Positions 1 to 9,835 of a stretch of 64,000 bases of DNA are shown here, piece by piece (the first letter of the stretch is position 1; each line of letters starts with the position of its first letter). Under the pieces are notes generated by a model that saw nothing but the letters and a program-made list of their open reading frames with translations, did no database searches and had not been told where the DNA came from. The position numbers and the translations under genes were made by a program. Source of the stretch: Actinomycetes bacterium (GTDB taxonomy: Bacteria; Actinomycetota; Thermoleophilia; BMS3ABIN01). The stretch lies in assembly GCA_021791195.1 (NCBI GenBank), contig JAJYXB010000013.1, forward strand, positions 3,697 through 67,696. Reading direction: 5' to 3'.

Positions 1-981
1 AAAATCGATCACATCCGCCAGCGAACCGCCATACTTGCGCTTCAGCTGCTCCAGCAAATCGAGCCTCTCCTCGACGGCTGCCAGCCGCTGCGGATCCATC
101 TCCACGGATTCCGAGTAATCCCGCGCCGACCGTCCGGCTTCTTCCAGCTCATAAATGCATTCAAATAATTTTCCCGAGATCCCGTCAAGTTCATCGTCGA
201 TGCCCGCCGCTTGCCGCAGTTTTGACCCGCAATCTGACAGATGGTCAATCAGGCTCTCCCCGTCTCCGCTGGTGCCGAGCAAGGCCGCCAGCGCCGCTGT
301 TGACTCCCTCAGCTGGTCCGCCTGCAGCAGCCGCGCGCGCTCGCGCGCCAGCTCGTCATCTTCCCCCGCAACCGGCGCCGCCGCCTCGATCTCGGCGATC
401 TGGAACCGGAGCAGTTCCGCCTCGCGCCGGCGCGCCTCGGATTCGGCGCCCAGTTCCTCCAGGCGCGCGAGCAGCGCGACGCGGCGCTGGTAAAGCAGGC
501 AGTATTCATCCCGCAGCCGGAGCAGGCGATCTCCGCCGTAGCTGTCAAGGATCTCCAGCTGGTGCGAGGCCATCATCAGCCGCTGCTGCTCATGCTGGGC
601 GGAGAACTTCAGACAGCGTCCGGCAAGGCGGCCCAGGACGGCCAGACTGACGGCATGACCGGCGACGAAAGCGCGGCTGCGGCCGTCGCGCGCGAGGCGG
701 CGGCGGACGATCAGTTTACCTCCGTCAGGAACATCCACCTCGCCGTCCAGGTCGGCGAAGAAATCATCCGGCAGGGAGAATACCGCTTCGACGGAGGCTT
801 CCGCGGCGCCGGGCCGGATCAGGCCGGTGCCCGCCCTGCCGCCCAGGAGCAGCAGGATCGCGCTGGCGAGGATGGTTTTGCCGGCGCCGGTCTCCCCGGA
901 GATCACGTTCAGTCCGGGCGCCAGCTTCAGGCGCGCGCTCTCGATCACCGCGAGGTTCTCGATGTTGAGTTCCACCAGCAT
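1..981 (-). CDS. recN: DNA repair protein RecN (N-terminal part; runs off the left edge)
   Basis: Not in the ORF track. Reverse complement from ATG at 981 reads MLVELNIENLAVIESARLKLAPGLNVISGETGAGKT (RecN Walker A); it follows nadK as in the conserved tlyA-nadK-recN order. Confidence 0.93.
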   Translation of the reverse strand, partial: MLVELNIENLAVIESARLKLAPGLNVISGETGAGKTILASAILLLLGGRAGTGLIRPGAAEASVEAVFSLPDDFFADLDGEVDVPDGGKLIVRRRLARDGRSRAFVAGHAVSLAVLGRLAGRCLKFSAQHEQQRLMMASHQLEILDSYGGDRLLRLRDEYCLLYQRRVALLARLEELGAESEARRREAELLRFQIAEIEAAAPVAGEDDELARERARLLQADQLRESTAALAALLGTSGDGESLIDHLSDCGSKLRQAAGIDDELDGISGKLFECIYELEEAGRSARDYSESVEMDPQRLAAVEERLDLLEQLKRKYGGSLADVIDF

Positions 982-993
982 GAACCGGTACCC

Positions 994-1851
994 CTATGCG
1001 GAGGGATGGATGAACTTGTCCCGCAGGCGGCGGTGAAAATCCGAACCCGGGACCTGGACCAGCCGTGCTTTCCGGGAGGAGATGGCAACCGACAGACCTT
1101 CGCCCGCCGGAAGTTGCGAGCTGCTGCGGCCGTCGACGCAGATCTCGACGGCGGCGCTGTGCGACTCGTTGACGATCGTCAGCCGCTGCTCCGGACCCAT
1201 CACCAGCGGCCGGAAGCGCAGCGTGTGCGGCGCCACGGCCGAGAGGATGAATGCCGCCAGGCCCAGCGACAGGAGCGGCCCGCCGTTGGAAAGGTTGTAG
1301 GCAGTCGATCCGGCCGGCGTAGAGACCACCATGCCATCGCAGGAGATGGTGTCCATCTGCACGCCGTCGACCGCATACCCCAGCCGCACTACCGATCCGG
1401 CTACCGGCTTGTGTATGACCACATCGTTGACTGCCAGGTTGCAGGCGCCGTGATGCTCAAGCTCCAGCAGGCTCAGCTCCATCAGGTTGAAGCTCCCTTC
1501 CAGCACCTGCTTCAGCCGGTCGGGAACATCAGCGGGCGACAGCGCGGAGAGAAACCCCACGCGGCCGAAATTAACGCCCAGCACAGGCGTGCTCATATCG
1601 CGGTAATGGCTGAAAGCGCGCAGGATGGTGCCGTCCCCGCCGAGCGCCAGGCAGAAGTCGACCGGCTCATCCGCGAGCGCAGGGACGATCGTGGCCAGCC
1701 CGGATTCCCGGGAGATCGCGGATTTTTCCGCCTCCCGCTCGGGAATGACAGCTTCGATGGAGAGCTCCCGGCAGAGCCGGAGGATTTGCATAAAAGCCGC
1801 GTTTGTTGCTTCGATGCGGCGATGAGTGATGACTGCGATTTTCTTGACCAG
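994..1851 (-). CDS. nadK: NAD(+) kinase
   Basis: GGDGT, NFGRVGFL, ND and TPAGSTAYNLS motifs. The frame extends upstream of ATG 1791 to a CTG at 1851 preceded by AAGGAG. Confidence 0.93.
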   Translation of the reverse strand: MVKKIAVITHRRIEATNAAFMQILRLCRELSIEAVIPEREAEKSAISRESGLATIVPALADEPVDFCLALGGDGTILRAFSHYRDMSTPVLGVNFGRVGFLSALSPADVPDRLKQVLEGSFNLMELSLLELEHHGACNLAVNDVVIHKPVAGSVVRLGYAVDGVQMDTISCDGMVVSTPAGSTAYNLSNGGPLLSLGLAAFILSAVAPHTLRFRPLVMGPEQRLTIVNESHSAAVEICVDGRSSSQLPAGEGLSVAISSRKARLVQVPGSDFHRRLRDKFIHPSA

Positions 1852-1941
1852 CTGTTTCTCCTTGAGATCAGCGGGCTGTTATCCGGCCTGTTTACTGTTG
1901 ATGACCTGCCGGGACCGGGCATGCGCCGCGGTACCTGCCGG

Positions 1942-2856
1942 TCAGAGCCTCTGCCGGCCGAAAAGATGGCCGCCGTGCGCCTGAAGCACCCTGTCGACGA
2001 CTTCGTCGATAACCTGGTCCTTGTCGATCTCGGGGTAGGAGCCGGCTCCGGTCATGGCCTCCAGCGGACCGGCGTCGCGCAGGTGCATCAGGTACTCGAC
2101 GTTGCCTTTGGGCCCCCTGACCGGAGATTCGACCAGGCCGCGCACGCTCAGGCCCAGGCGCCGGACATGGTCCCAGAGGCTTTGCAGCACTTCGCGGTGC
2201 ACCGCCGGATCGCGGACGACGCCGCCCTTGCCGACCTTCTGCCGCCCCGCCTCGAACTGCGGCTTGACCAGGGCGACGATATCGTATCCCGGTGACAGAC
2301 ATTTTATCACAGCGGGCAGGACTTTCTTCAGGGAGATGAAGGAGAGGTCAAGCGCCGCCAGCGCCGCCGGCTCCGGCAGATCCTCGCACTTGAGAAAGCG
2401 GATGTTGTAGCGCTCGATGACGGTCACGCGCGGGTCCTGGCGCAGGCCCCAGTCCAGCTGCCCATAGCCGACATCCACGGCGATCACCCGCGCCGCGCCG
2501 TTCTGCAGCAGGCAGTCAGTGAAGCCGCCGGTGGAGGCGCCTGAGTCGAGCGCTGTCTTGCCGGCCGCGTCGAGATCGAAGGCCTCAAACGCACGCTCCA
2601 GCTTGTAGCCGCCGCGGGATACGTAAACGGGATCCTCGACCACCTCGACCTGGACGTCGGCCGCCACCTGGCGGCCGGCCTTGTGCTCCGCACTGCCCTC
2701 GACCAGCACCAGTCCGGCGAGGATGGCCGCTCCCGCCTGGGAGCGCGTCGAAAACATGCCCCGCTCGACGAGGATAGTGTCGAGCCGGTGTCTGGGCTTC
2801 TTGAGCGGGCGCCGCGGCGGCGTCACGCGGCCCGGTTTTGGCGGTTTTTTCTTCAA
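1942..2856 (-). CDS. tlyA: TlyA family rRNA 2'-O-methyltransferase
   Basis: S4-like RLDTILV domain, YVSRGGYKL, GASTGGFTD, DVGYGQL, VKPQFE and GPKGNVEY. Likely TTG start at 2856; the track start of 2955 overlaps dxs. Confidence 0.93.
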   Translation of the reverse strand: MKKKPPKPGRVTPPRRPLKKPRHRLDTILVERGMFSTRSQAGAAILAGLVLVEGSAEHKAGRQVAADVQVEVVEDPVYVSRGGYKLERAFEAFDLDAAGKTALDSGASTGGFTDCLLQNGAARVIAVDVGYGQLDWGLRQDPRVTVIERYNIRFLKCEDLPEPAALAALDLSFISLKKVLPAVIKCLSPGYDIVALVKPQFEAGRQKVGKGGVVRDPAVHREVLQSLWDHVRRLGLSVRGLVESPVRGPKGNVEYLMHLRDAGPLEAMTGAGSYPEIDKDQVIDEVVDRVLQAHGGHLFGRQRL

Positions 2857-2884
2857 GACCCTCCCCCTCCCGGCCGGTTTGCCC

Positions 2885-4852
2885 TTATTCTTCCCCCGAT
2901 GCCTTGCGCCGCTCCGCGGGTATGATCTTCTCTCCCAGCAGCTTCCCGGCCACAAAACCCGCCACCGCTTCCGGCGACAGGCCAGCTTCCTTCAGCAACT
3001 GGTTGCGGTTGCCGTGAGGGATGAACCGGTCCGGCAGCGCGAAACGGCGTACCGGGCGCGACTCCTCGGCGAACAGATCCGTCACCGCCGAACCAAAACC
3101 GCCGGTGATGGTCCCTTCTTCCACGGTCACAACCAGCTCGTGTTCCGCCGCCAGACTACGGATAAGCTCCTCATCAAGTGGCTTGACGAAGCGGGCGTTG
3201 ACCACCGTCGGCCGCAGTCCATGCCGCTCCACCAGCAAACGGGCCGCGCGCCGGCAGATGCCCACGCCGGTGCCGATGCCCAGCAGCAGCGCACCCTCGC
3301 CGCGGTCGATAATATCCGCCTTCCCCAGCGGCAGCTCCTGGAAACTCTCCGGCATGGGAACCCCGCGTCCCGGCGCTCTCGGGTAGCGGACCGCCACCGG
3401 CCGGCCGAGTCTCAGCGCCGTGTAAATCATGTGCTGCAGCTCCGCCTCATCCGCCGGCGCCATCACTGTCATGCCCGGCACCAGCCGCAGGTACGCCATG
3501 TCGAAACAGCCGTGATGCGTGGGGCCGTCGTCGCCAACCAGGCCGGCGCGGTCCAGCGCAATAACCACCGGCAGCTCCTGCAGGCCCACATCCTGCACCA
3601 GCTGGTCGAACGAGCGCTGCAGAAAAGTCGAATATATCGCCACCACGGGCTTCATGCCGCCGATAGCGAGGCCGGCCGCGAAAGTAACCGCATGCTCTTC
3701 GGCGATGCCGACGTCGAAGAACCGTTCCGGGAACTCGCTCTCGAAATGACTCAGGCCAGTGCCGCTCGCCATGGCGGCGGTGATGGCGGCGACGCGCTCG
3801 TCTGTGCGGGCCACGCGCGCCAGGCCGCGGCCAAAAGCTTCCGTGTAGGTAATCGGACCGGGTTTCTTGATCGCCTCACCGGTGCTGACGGTGAACGGCG
3901 CGATGCCGTGGAAAGCGTCCGGACGCGCCTCAGCCGGCTCATAGCCTTTGCCCTTGGTCGTCTTGATATGGATGAGCACCGGACGCTCGATCTCGATCGC
4001 GGCGCGGATGCTGCGCCTGAGCGCCTTGATGTCATGACCGTCGATGATGCCGACGTAAGCAAAACCCAGCTCCTCGAACAGCATCCCGGGCACGAGTAAG
4101 GCCTTCATGCTTTCCTTCAGCGACCGCATGCCGCCGCGGATGCCGGGAATGCGGTCGATGCCATGCTCCAGCTCTTCGCGCAGTTTTGAAAGGGTCGGGT
4201 CGAGCCTGAGCCGGTTCAGGTACTGCGAGATGGCGCCCACATTGGGCCGGATCGACATCTCGTTGTCGTTGAGGATGACGATCAGCGGCGTGCGCAGATG
4301 CCCGGCCTGGTTAAGCGCCTCGTAGGCGATGCCACCGGTCAGCGCGCCGTCGCCGATGACGCAGGCGACACGGCCGCTCCCGGCGTCTGCCGCCACCTTC
4401 GCCGGTTCATCCGCGCCGGCGCCCTCTTCCCCGGCGCCTTCGCCGCTGCCGGTAGCGATTCTGATCGCTTCGGTGATGCCGACCCCGTAACTGATGGAAG
4501 TGGAGCTGTGGCCCGTGCCGACAATGTCATGCTCCGACTCGGCCGGGCTGGGAAAGCCCGAGAGCCCCCCGTGCTGGCGGATGGTGTGAAAGCGGTCGCG
4601 CCGGCCGGTGATGATCTTGTGCGCGTAACACTGATGGCCTACGTCCCAGATGATCTTGTCATGAGGACTGCTGAGGACACTGTGCAGCGCGATGGTGAGC
4701 TCGACGACGCCGAGGCTGGGCGCCAGGTGCCCGCCGACTTTGGATACGGTGTCGATCATGAAGCCGCGGATCTCTTCAGCGAGAACCTGGAGTTCGCGGT
4801 CGTTGAATCGCCTGAGGTCAGAAGGGGAATTGATTTGCTCGAGAAGTGACAA
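2885..4852 (-). CDS. dxs: 1-deoxy-D-xylulose-5-phosphate synthase
   Basis: GGHLAPSLG, WDVGHQ, GDGALTGG..EALN, FDVGIAEEHA and DRAGLVGDDGPTHHG. Confidence 0.97.
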   Translation of the reverse strand: MSLLEQINSPSDLRRFNDRELQVLAEEIRGFMIDTVSKVGGHLAPSLGVVELTIALHSVLSSPHDKIIWDVGHQCYAHKIITGRRDRFHTIRQHGGLSGFPSPAESEHDIVGTGHSSTSISYGVGITEAIRIATGSGEGAGEEGAGADEPAKVAADAGSGRVACVIGDGALTGGIAYEALNQAGHLRTPLIVILNDNEMSIRPNVGAISQYLNRLRLDPTLSKLREELEHGIDRIPGIRGGMRSLKESMKALLVPGMLFEELGFAYVGIIDGHDIKALRRSIRAAIEIERPVLIHIKTTKGKGYEPAEARPDAFHGIAPFTVSTGEAIKKPGPITYTEAFGRGLARVARTDERVAAITAAMASGTGLSHFESEFPERFFDVGIAEEHAVTFAAGLAIGGMKPVVAIYSTFLQRSFDQLVQDVGLQELPVVIALDRAGLVGDDGPTHHGCFDMAYLRLVPGMTVMAPADEAELQHMIYTALRLGRPVAVRYPRAPGRGVPMPESFQELPLGKADIIDRGEGALLLGIGTGVGICRRAARLLVERHGLRPTVVNARFVKPLDEELIRSLAAEHELVVTVEEGTITGGFGSAVTDLFAEESRPVRRFALPDRFIPHGNRNQLLKEAGLSPEAVAGFVAGKLLGEKIIPAERRKASGEE

Positions 4853-4854
4853 CG

Positions 4855-5721
4855 TTATCTCTGCCGCTCGTATATGTAATTGGTGATTCCGGCCAGCGCG
4901 GCGGTTTTGCCGCCGATGCGGTCCAGCGCCGCCAGTGCCTGCCGGTACGACCCGAGGGCCAGCTGCTGGGCTGCCTCAAGACCGTGGACGCTGACATAGG
5001 TGCTTCGCTCCAGCCGGGCGTCGGTGCCCGCCTGCTTGCCGAGAACCGCTGTCTCCCCGATGACATCCAAAATATCGTCTTTGATCTGAAATAGCAAACC
5101 CAGCTCGGCCGCGAAATCGCCAAGCAGCTCGAGGGTGCGCGGGTCCACGCCGGCAAGCAGGCCCCCGGCGCGCACGCAGGCGACGATCAGCCTGCCGGTC
5201 TTGAGCGAGTGCAGCAGCCTGAGCGACTGGTCGTTCCAGGCCTCGCCGGAAACGTCCAGATACTGGCCGCCGACCATCCCCCGGACGCCGGTAGCCTCCG
5301 AGATCTCCCTGACGACTGCCAGCGTCACCGCGGGCGCCGCCTGCTGCTGCTCGCAGATGAGCCGGAACGCCTCCGCAAACAGGGCGTCACCGGCCAGAAT
5401 GGCCACGTTCTCTCCAAACCGGACATGGCAGGTCGGCTGGCCGCGCCTGAGATCATCGTCATCGAAAGCCGGCAGGTCGTCGTGGATGAGCGAATAGGTA
5501 TGGATCATTTCCAGCGCCGCCGCCGCCGGCAGCATCTGCTCCGGCTCCAGGTCGAAAGCGCCGCCGGTAGCCAGCAGCAGCACCGGCCGGATGCGCTTGC
5601 CGCCGGCCAGCAGCGAGTAACGCATCGCCTCGGTCAGGTGAGAGACCAGGCGGTCTTCACCGAAAACAAGCTCGTTGAGGTAGCGGTCCACGCGCGCCGC
5701 CAGATCCTCGGGATAGGTCAA
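4855..5721 (-). CDS. ispA: Polyprenyl diphosphate synthase (FPP/GGPP synthase)
   Basis: GGKRIRP, SLIHDDLP..DDDDLRRG and FQIKDDILD. Confidence 0.93.
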   Translation of the reverse strand: MTYPEDLAARVDRYLNELVFGEDRLVSHLTEAMRYSLLAGGKRIRPVLLLATGGAFDLEPEQMLPAAAALEMIHTYSLIHDDLPAFDDDDLRRGQPTCHVRFGENVAILAGDALFAEAFRLICEQQQAAPAVTLAVVREISEATGVRGMVGGQYLDVSGEAWNDQSLRLLHSLKTGRLIVACVRAGGLLAGVDPRTLELLGDFAAELGLLFQIKDDILDVIGETAVLGKQAGTDARLERSTYVSVHGLEAAQQLALGSYRQALAALDRIGGKTAALAGITNYIYERQR

Positions 5722-5727
5722 CTGCGC

Positions 5728-6054
5728 TCAGTCCTCCCGCGGCGGGTCCTGGGGCAGCTCCAGCTGCTGGCCGCCTTCCTCGGAACCGTAAACAACATCC
5801 TGTACCGCCTGCTCCAGCTGCTGGCTGCTGCTCAGAGCCAGCTCGTTAGCCTCGGTCAGCAGGCGCACCGACTCTTCCCAGTCGGTATTCCCCGCCTCCA
5901 GCTGCCGCACGATCGTTTCCATCCGGTCGATCGACTGGGTCAGACCGCTGAGCGTCTCTTCCAGCGCCCGCGTCAGCCCGGCGTCTGCTGCCCCGCCGGG
6001 GACGGCGGCGGCGCTGCCGCCCGCTTCCTGAAAGACTTCACCGTCTTCATTCAT
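5728..6054 (-). CDS. xseB: Exodeoxyribonuclease VII small subunit-like protein
   Basis: From ATG 6054 (ATGA overlap with nusB stop); METIVRQLEAGNTDWEESVRL resembles the XseB LE.IV..LE.G..LEES pattern; sits before ispA. Confidence 0.7.
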   Translation of the reverse strand: MNEDGEVFQEAGGSAAAVPGGAADAGLTRALEETLSGLTQSIDRMETIVRQLEAGNTDWEESVRLLTEANELALSSSQQLEQAVQDVVYGSEEGGQQLELPQDPPRED

Positions 6055-6539
6055 CTCTGGCCTGCCTCCTGGACTATTTTTGCGAGAATGCCGTTCACCA
6101 GGGAACCGGCTTCCCGCGAGCAGAACCTTTTCGAGAGCGCCACCGCCTCGTCGATACTCACCTCGACGGGGATATCGGGCCGGTTGAGAATCTCGTACGC
6201 GGCGAGCCGCAGGATATTGCGCTCCAGCGCCGCCAAACGGTGCGCCGGCCATCCTTCCGAGGCGGCGTCGATGGTCCGGTCCAGCTCGTCGCGGGCGGCA
6301 AGCACTCCCTCGACATCCTCGCGCGTGAAACTGTCGGCCTCGTGACCGGTCTCGGCCTTGAGGTTTTCCAGCAGCTCCTCGATCCCGCCGCCGGTCAGGT
6401 CCTGCTGGTAGAGGACAACCATGGCGTCGCGGCGCGCCTGCCGCCGGGTCACGGCCGCCCCGCCCTGCCGCCCGGCGCCTTTTTCAAACTCTGGATCATT
6501 CATGACATTCCGATGGTCCGCAATTGTCTGCCGATCCAA
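6051..6539 (-). CDS. nusB: Transcription antitermination factor NusB
   Basis: RRQARR..LYQ, W...RL...ERNILRLA.YE, IDEAV.L.K and LVNGIL. Exact start uncertain. Confidence 0.95.
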   Translation of the reverse strand: MDRQTIADHRNVMNDPEFEKGAGRQGGAAVTRRQARRDAMVVLYQQDLTGGGIEELLENLKAETGHEADSFTREDVEGVLAARDELDRTIDAASEGWPAHRLAALERNILRLAAYEILNRPDIPVEVSIDEAVALSKRFCSREAGSLVNGILAKIVQEAGQR

Positions 6540-6594
6540 CCCTTATTCTGCACGGTTGCGCGACATTTGTAACGCCGCGGGCGGTCCAGCCCGC

Positions 6595-7947
6595 TCAAGC
6601 TATGCCCAGCCTGGCGGCATTTGCCTCGATGAACGCGGTCGACGGAGCCCCGTGCGCGAAATCGTCGCATTGGAGGATCGCGGAACAGAGGGCCTTGTTG
6701 GTGACCACCCCTTCGATGACATATTCATCGAGCGCCCTCAGCGCCCTGCTGATCGCCGCCGGCCGGTCGCTGTCCCAGACGATCAGCTTCGCCAGCAATG
6801 AATCGTAAAAAACCGGTATCTCGTAACCCTCGTAAAGATGCGAGTCGACCCGCACACCGGGGCCACCCGGCGTCACGTAGCGGCTGATGCGGCCGGTATT
6901 CGGCCGGAAATCGTTGGCCGGATCCTCGGCGTTGATGCGCAACTCGATCGTGTGGCCGCGGGGCCTGACCGCGCCGGTCCGGTCCAGCAGTTCGCCGCGA
7001 GCGATGCGGATCTGCTCCCTGACGATGTCGACGCCGGTGGCCATCTCCGAGACCGGATGCTCCACCTGCACCCGGGTGTTCATCTCCATAAAGTAAAAAT
7101 TCTGCTGGTCGTCAACCAGAAACTCGATCGTGCCCGCGTTTTCGTAGCCGCAGGCCCGGCAGGCGGCGACGGCCGACTCGGCCATCTTCTGCCGCGTGGC
7201 GTCGTCCAGCAGCGGCGAGGGTGATTCTTCCACCAGCTTCTGGTGGCGACGCTGCACCGAACAGTCACGCTCCCCCAGAGTCAGCACCGAACCGGACTTG
7301 TCCACCAGTACCTGCACTTCGACGTGATGCGGGTTGAGCACGGCTTTCTCCAGGTAGATGGTGCCATCGCCAAAGGCCGTCTCGGCCTCACCCGCCGCCA
7401 TCAGGAAGCTGTTCTCCAGCTCCGCCTCGGCGCTCACCAGCCGCATGCCCCGGCCGCCGCCGCCGGCAGCCGCCTTGAGCATCACGGGATAGCCGAACTC
7501 CGCCGCCAGCCGCGCGGCTTCGGCCGCACCGGCGACCGCGCCGTCCGAGCCCGGGATCACGGGGATGCGAGCCTGCTTCATCGTCTGCTTGGCCAGCGCC
7601 TTGTCGCCCATCCGCCGCATCAGCTCCGCGCCGGGGCCGATGAACACCAGGTCGTTGTCCAGGCAGGCCTCCACGAAACCCGGGTTCTCCGCCAGGAAGC
7701 CATAGCCGGGATGGATGGCGTCGCAGCCGCTGATCCCGGCAGCGCCGATGATCGCCGGCACCCGCAGGTAACTGGCGGATGCCGGCCCCGGGCCGATGCA
7801 CACCGATTCGTCCGCCTCGCGAACGTGCAGCGACTCGCTATCGGCTTCGGAGTAGACCGCTACGCAGGGGATCTTCAGTTCGCGGCAGGCGCGGATCACC
7901 CTGAGGGCGACTTCGCCGCGGTTGGCTATCAGAATCTTGGAGAGCAT
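6595..7947 (-). CDS. accC: Biotin carboxylase (AccC / pyruvate carboxylase subunit A)
   Basis: ANRGEVA, HPGYGFLAEN, GGGGRGMR, RDCSVQRRHQK, EMNTRVQVEH and YDSLLAKL. Confidence 0.95.
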   Translation of the reverse strand: MLSKILIANRGEVALRVIRACRELKIPCVAVYSEADSESLHVREADESVCIGPGPASASYLRVPAIIGAAGISGCDAIHPGYGFLAENPGFVEACLDNDLVFIGPGAELMRRMGDKALAKQTMKQARIPVIPGSDGAVAGAAEAARLAAEFGYPVMLKAAAGGGGRGMRLVSAEAELENSFLMAAGEAETAFGDGTIYLEKAVLNPHHVEVQVLVDKSGSVLTLGERDCSVQRRHQKLVEESPSPLLDDATRQKMAESAVAACRACGYENAGTIEFLVDDQQNFYFMEMNTRVQVEHPVSEMATGVDIVREQIRIARGELLDRTGAVRPRGHTIELRINAEDPANDFRPNTGRISRYVTPGGPGVRVDSHLYEGYEIPVFYDSLLAKLIVWDSDRPAAISRALRALDEYVIEGVVTNKALCSAILQCDDFAHGAPSTAFIEANAARLGIA

Positions 7948-7980
7948 GGGCGGAACGGGAGATGCGGCGAAGCGGCCGGG

Positions 7981-9831
7981 CTATCCCTCGACCTCCGCAT
8001 CCTCGAACAGGTTCGCCGCAAGCGGCTCGATGTAGAACATCGGCGTACCGTATTCCACCGGCCGCGCATCCTCCACCAGCACGCTGCGGACGGTGCCATC
8101 CACCTCGGACGTGACCTCGTTCATCAGCTTCATCGCTTCCAGGATGCAGAGCGTCTGCCCCACCGCGACCTCGTCGCCTTCCTCCACGAACGGGTCGCTG
8201 GTGGGCGAGGCAGCGCGGTAGAATGTGCCGACCATCGGTGATTTGACTACAAAATAGCTATCTGGTACTGCCGGCTTGGCTGCCATGGCCGGCGCCGCCA
8301 CAGCCTCCCCGGGCGCCGCCTCCCCGCCTTTGCGTACGGTGATGCGGGTGTCGCCCTCCTCGATGGTAACTTCGGCAATGGAGGACTCCTCCACCGCCGC
8401 GATCAACTCCCTGATGTGATTTATATCCATGGCTGCTCCACCTGTCTGATCCGCTTCCTGCTCCTGTGTCAGGAAGACATCGTCTTCGACGCCATGCCGC
8501 CGCCGCTCCAGAAAGACGCGCGCGGTCGCAGGAAAGAGCGCGTACGTGAGCACGTCCTCTTCGTTGCGGGCCAGATCCCCGATCTCTTCAGCGAACCTGT
8601 CAAGCGTCTCGTCTATCAGCTCCGCCGGCCGGCAGGTGATCGGCTGCTCGTCTCCCAGCACCTTGTGCATCACCTCAGCGTTAACCGGACCGGGAGCCTG
8701 GCCGTATTTTCCCCTCAGATACGATTTCATCTCATCGGGCACGACCTGCCAGCGCTTGCCGGAAAGGACGTTGAGCACCGCCTGTGTACCCACGATCTGG
8801 CTCATCGGCGTCACCAGAGGCGGATAACCGACCTCCGCCCGCACCAGGGGGATCTCCTTGAGCACTTCCGGCAGCCGGTCAAGCGCGTTCTGCTCCTCCA
8901 GCTGACTCTCGAGGTTGGATATCATCCCCCCGGGAACCTGGTGGGAGTATACCTGCATGTGCGTGATCGAAGTAACTCCGCGCGAAAAACCGCCCCTCTG
9001 ACGCACCCCTTCGAAATATTTGGCGATCTCAAACAGCCGGTCCAGCTCCAGCTCGGTGTCGTAGGGGGTGCCGGTGAGCGCGGTCACCACCATCTCGGTG
9101 GCCGGGTTGGAGGCGCCGAAAGCCAGCGGCACGGTGGCGGTGTCGATGATGTCGGCGCCGGCCTCGATCGCCTTCAGGTAGGTCATGGGCGCCAGGCCGC
9201 CGATGTAGTGGCAGTGCACCTCCACCGTGAGATCGATCTCTTCCTTCAGCCGCCGGACCAGCTGCTCGCAGTGGAAAGGCGAGAGCAGCGCCGCCATGTC
9301 CTTGATGCAGATCGAGTCGGCGCCCATCTCGGCGAACCGGTGCGCCGTCTCCAGATAATGGTCCAGCGTGTGCACCGGACTGATGGTGTAGGAGACTGCC
9401 GCCTGGAAGTGCTTGCCGGCCTCCTTGATCGCCTCGGCCGCGACCTCGATGTTGCGGGTGTCATTGAGGGCGTCGAAAACGCGGAAGATATCCACGCCGT
9501 TCTCGGCCGCGTGCAGCACGAACTTGCGCACGATCTCGTCGCCATAATGGCGGTAGCCGACCAGATTCTGCCCCCGCAGCAGCATCTGCAGCGGCGTCTT
9601 GGGGCAGTGCTGCTTGATCGTCCGCAGGCGCTCCCAGGGGTTCTCGTTCAGGAAGCGCAGGCAGCTGTCGAATGTGGCGCCTCCCCATGCCTCCAGGGAA
9701 TAGAAGCCGATCTCGTCCATGCGCCCCAGGATCGGCAGCATATCGCCGGTGCGCATGCGCGTCGCCCACAGCGACTGATGCCCATCCCTGAGCGTGGTGT
9801 CGGTGATGAGGACGCGGCGTGCCTTGACCAT
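7981..9831 (-). CDS. Pyruvate carboxylase subunit B/OadA-type carboxyltransferase fused to an AccB-type biotin carrier domain
   Basis: DTTLRDGHQSL, EAWGGATFD, QMLLRGQN, QVPGGMISN and GYPPLVTP motifs; C-terminal EAMKLMNE biotinylation motif. Confidence 0.92.
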   Translation of the reverse strand: MVKARRVLITDTTLRDGHQSLWATRMRTGDMLPILGRMDEIGFYSLEAWGGATFDSCLRFLNENPWERLRTIKQHCPKTPLQMLLRGQNLVGYRHYGDEIVRKFVLHAAENGVDIFRVFDALNDTRNIEVAAEAIKEAGKHFQAAVSYTISPVHTLDHYLETAHRFAEMGADSICIKDMAALLSPFHCEQLVRRLKEEIDLTVEVHCHYIGGLAPMTYLKAIEAGADIIDTATVPLAFGASNPATEMVVTALTGTPYDTELELDRLFEIAKYFEGVRQRGGFSRGVTSITHMQVYSHQVPGGMISNLESQLEEQNALDRLPEVLKEIPLVRAEVGYPPLVTPMSQIVGTQAVLNVLSGKRWQVVPDEMKSYLRGKYGQAPGPVNAEVMHKVLGDEQPITCRPAELIDETLDRFAEEIGDLARNEEDVLTYALFPATARVFLERRRHGVEDDVFLTQEQEADQTGGAAMDINHIRELIAAVEESSIAEVTIEEGDTRITVRKGGEAAPGEAVAAPAMAAKPAVPDSYFVVKSPMVGTFYRAASPTSDPFVEEGDEVAVGQTLCILEAMKLMNEVTSEVDGTVRSVLVEDARPVEYGTPMFYIEPLAANLFEDAEVEG

Positions 9832-9835
9832 CGCC

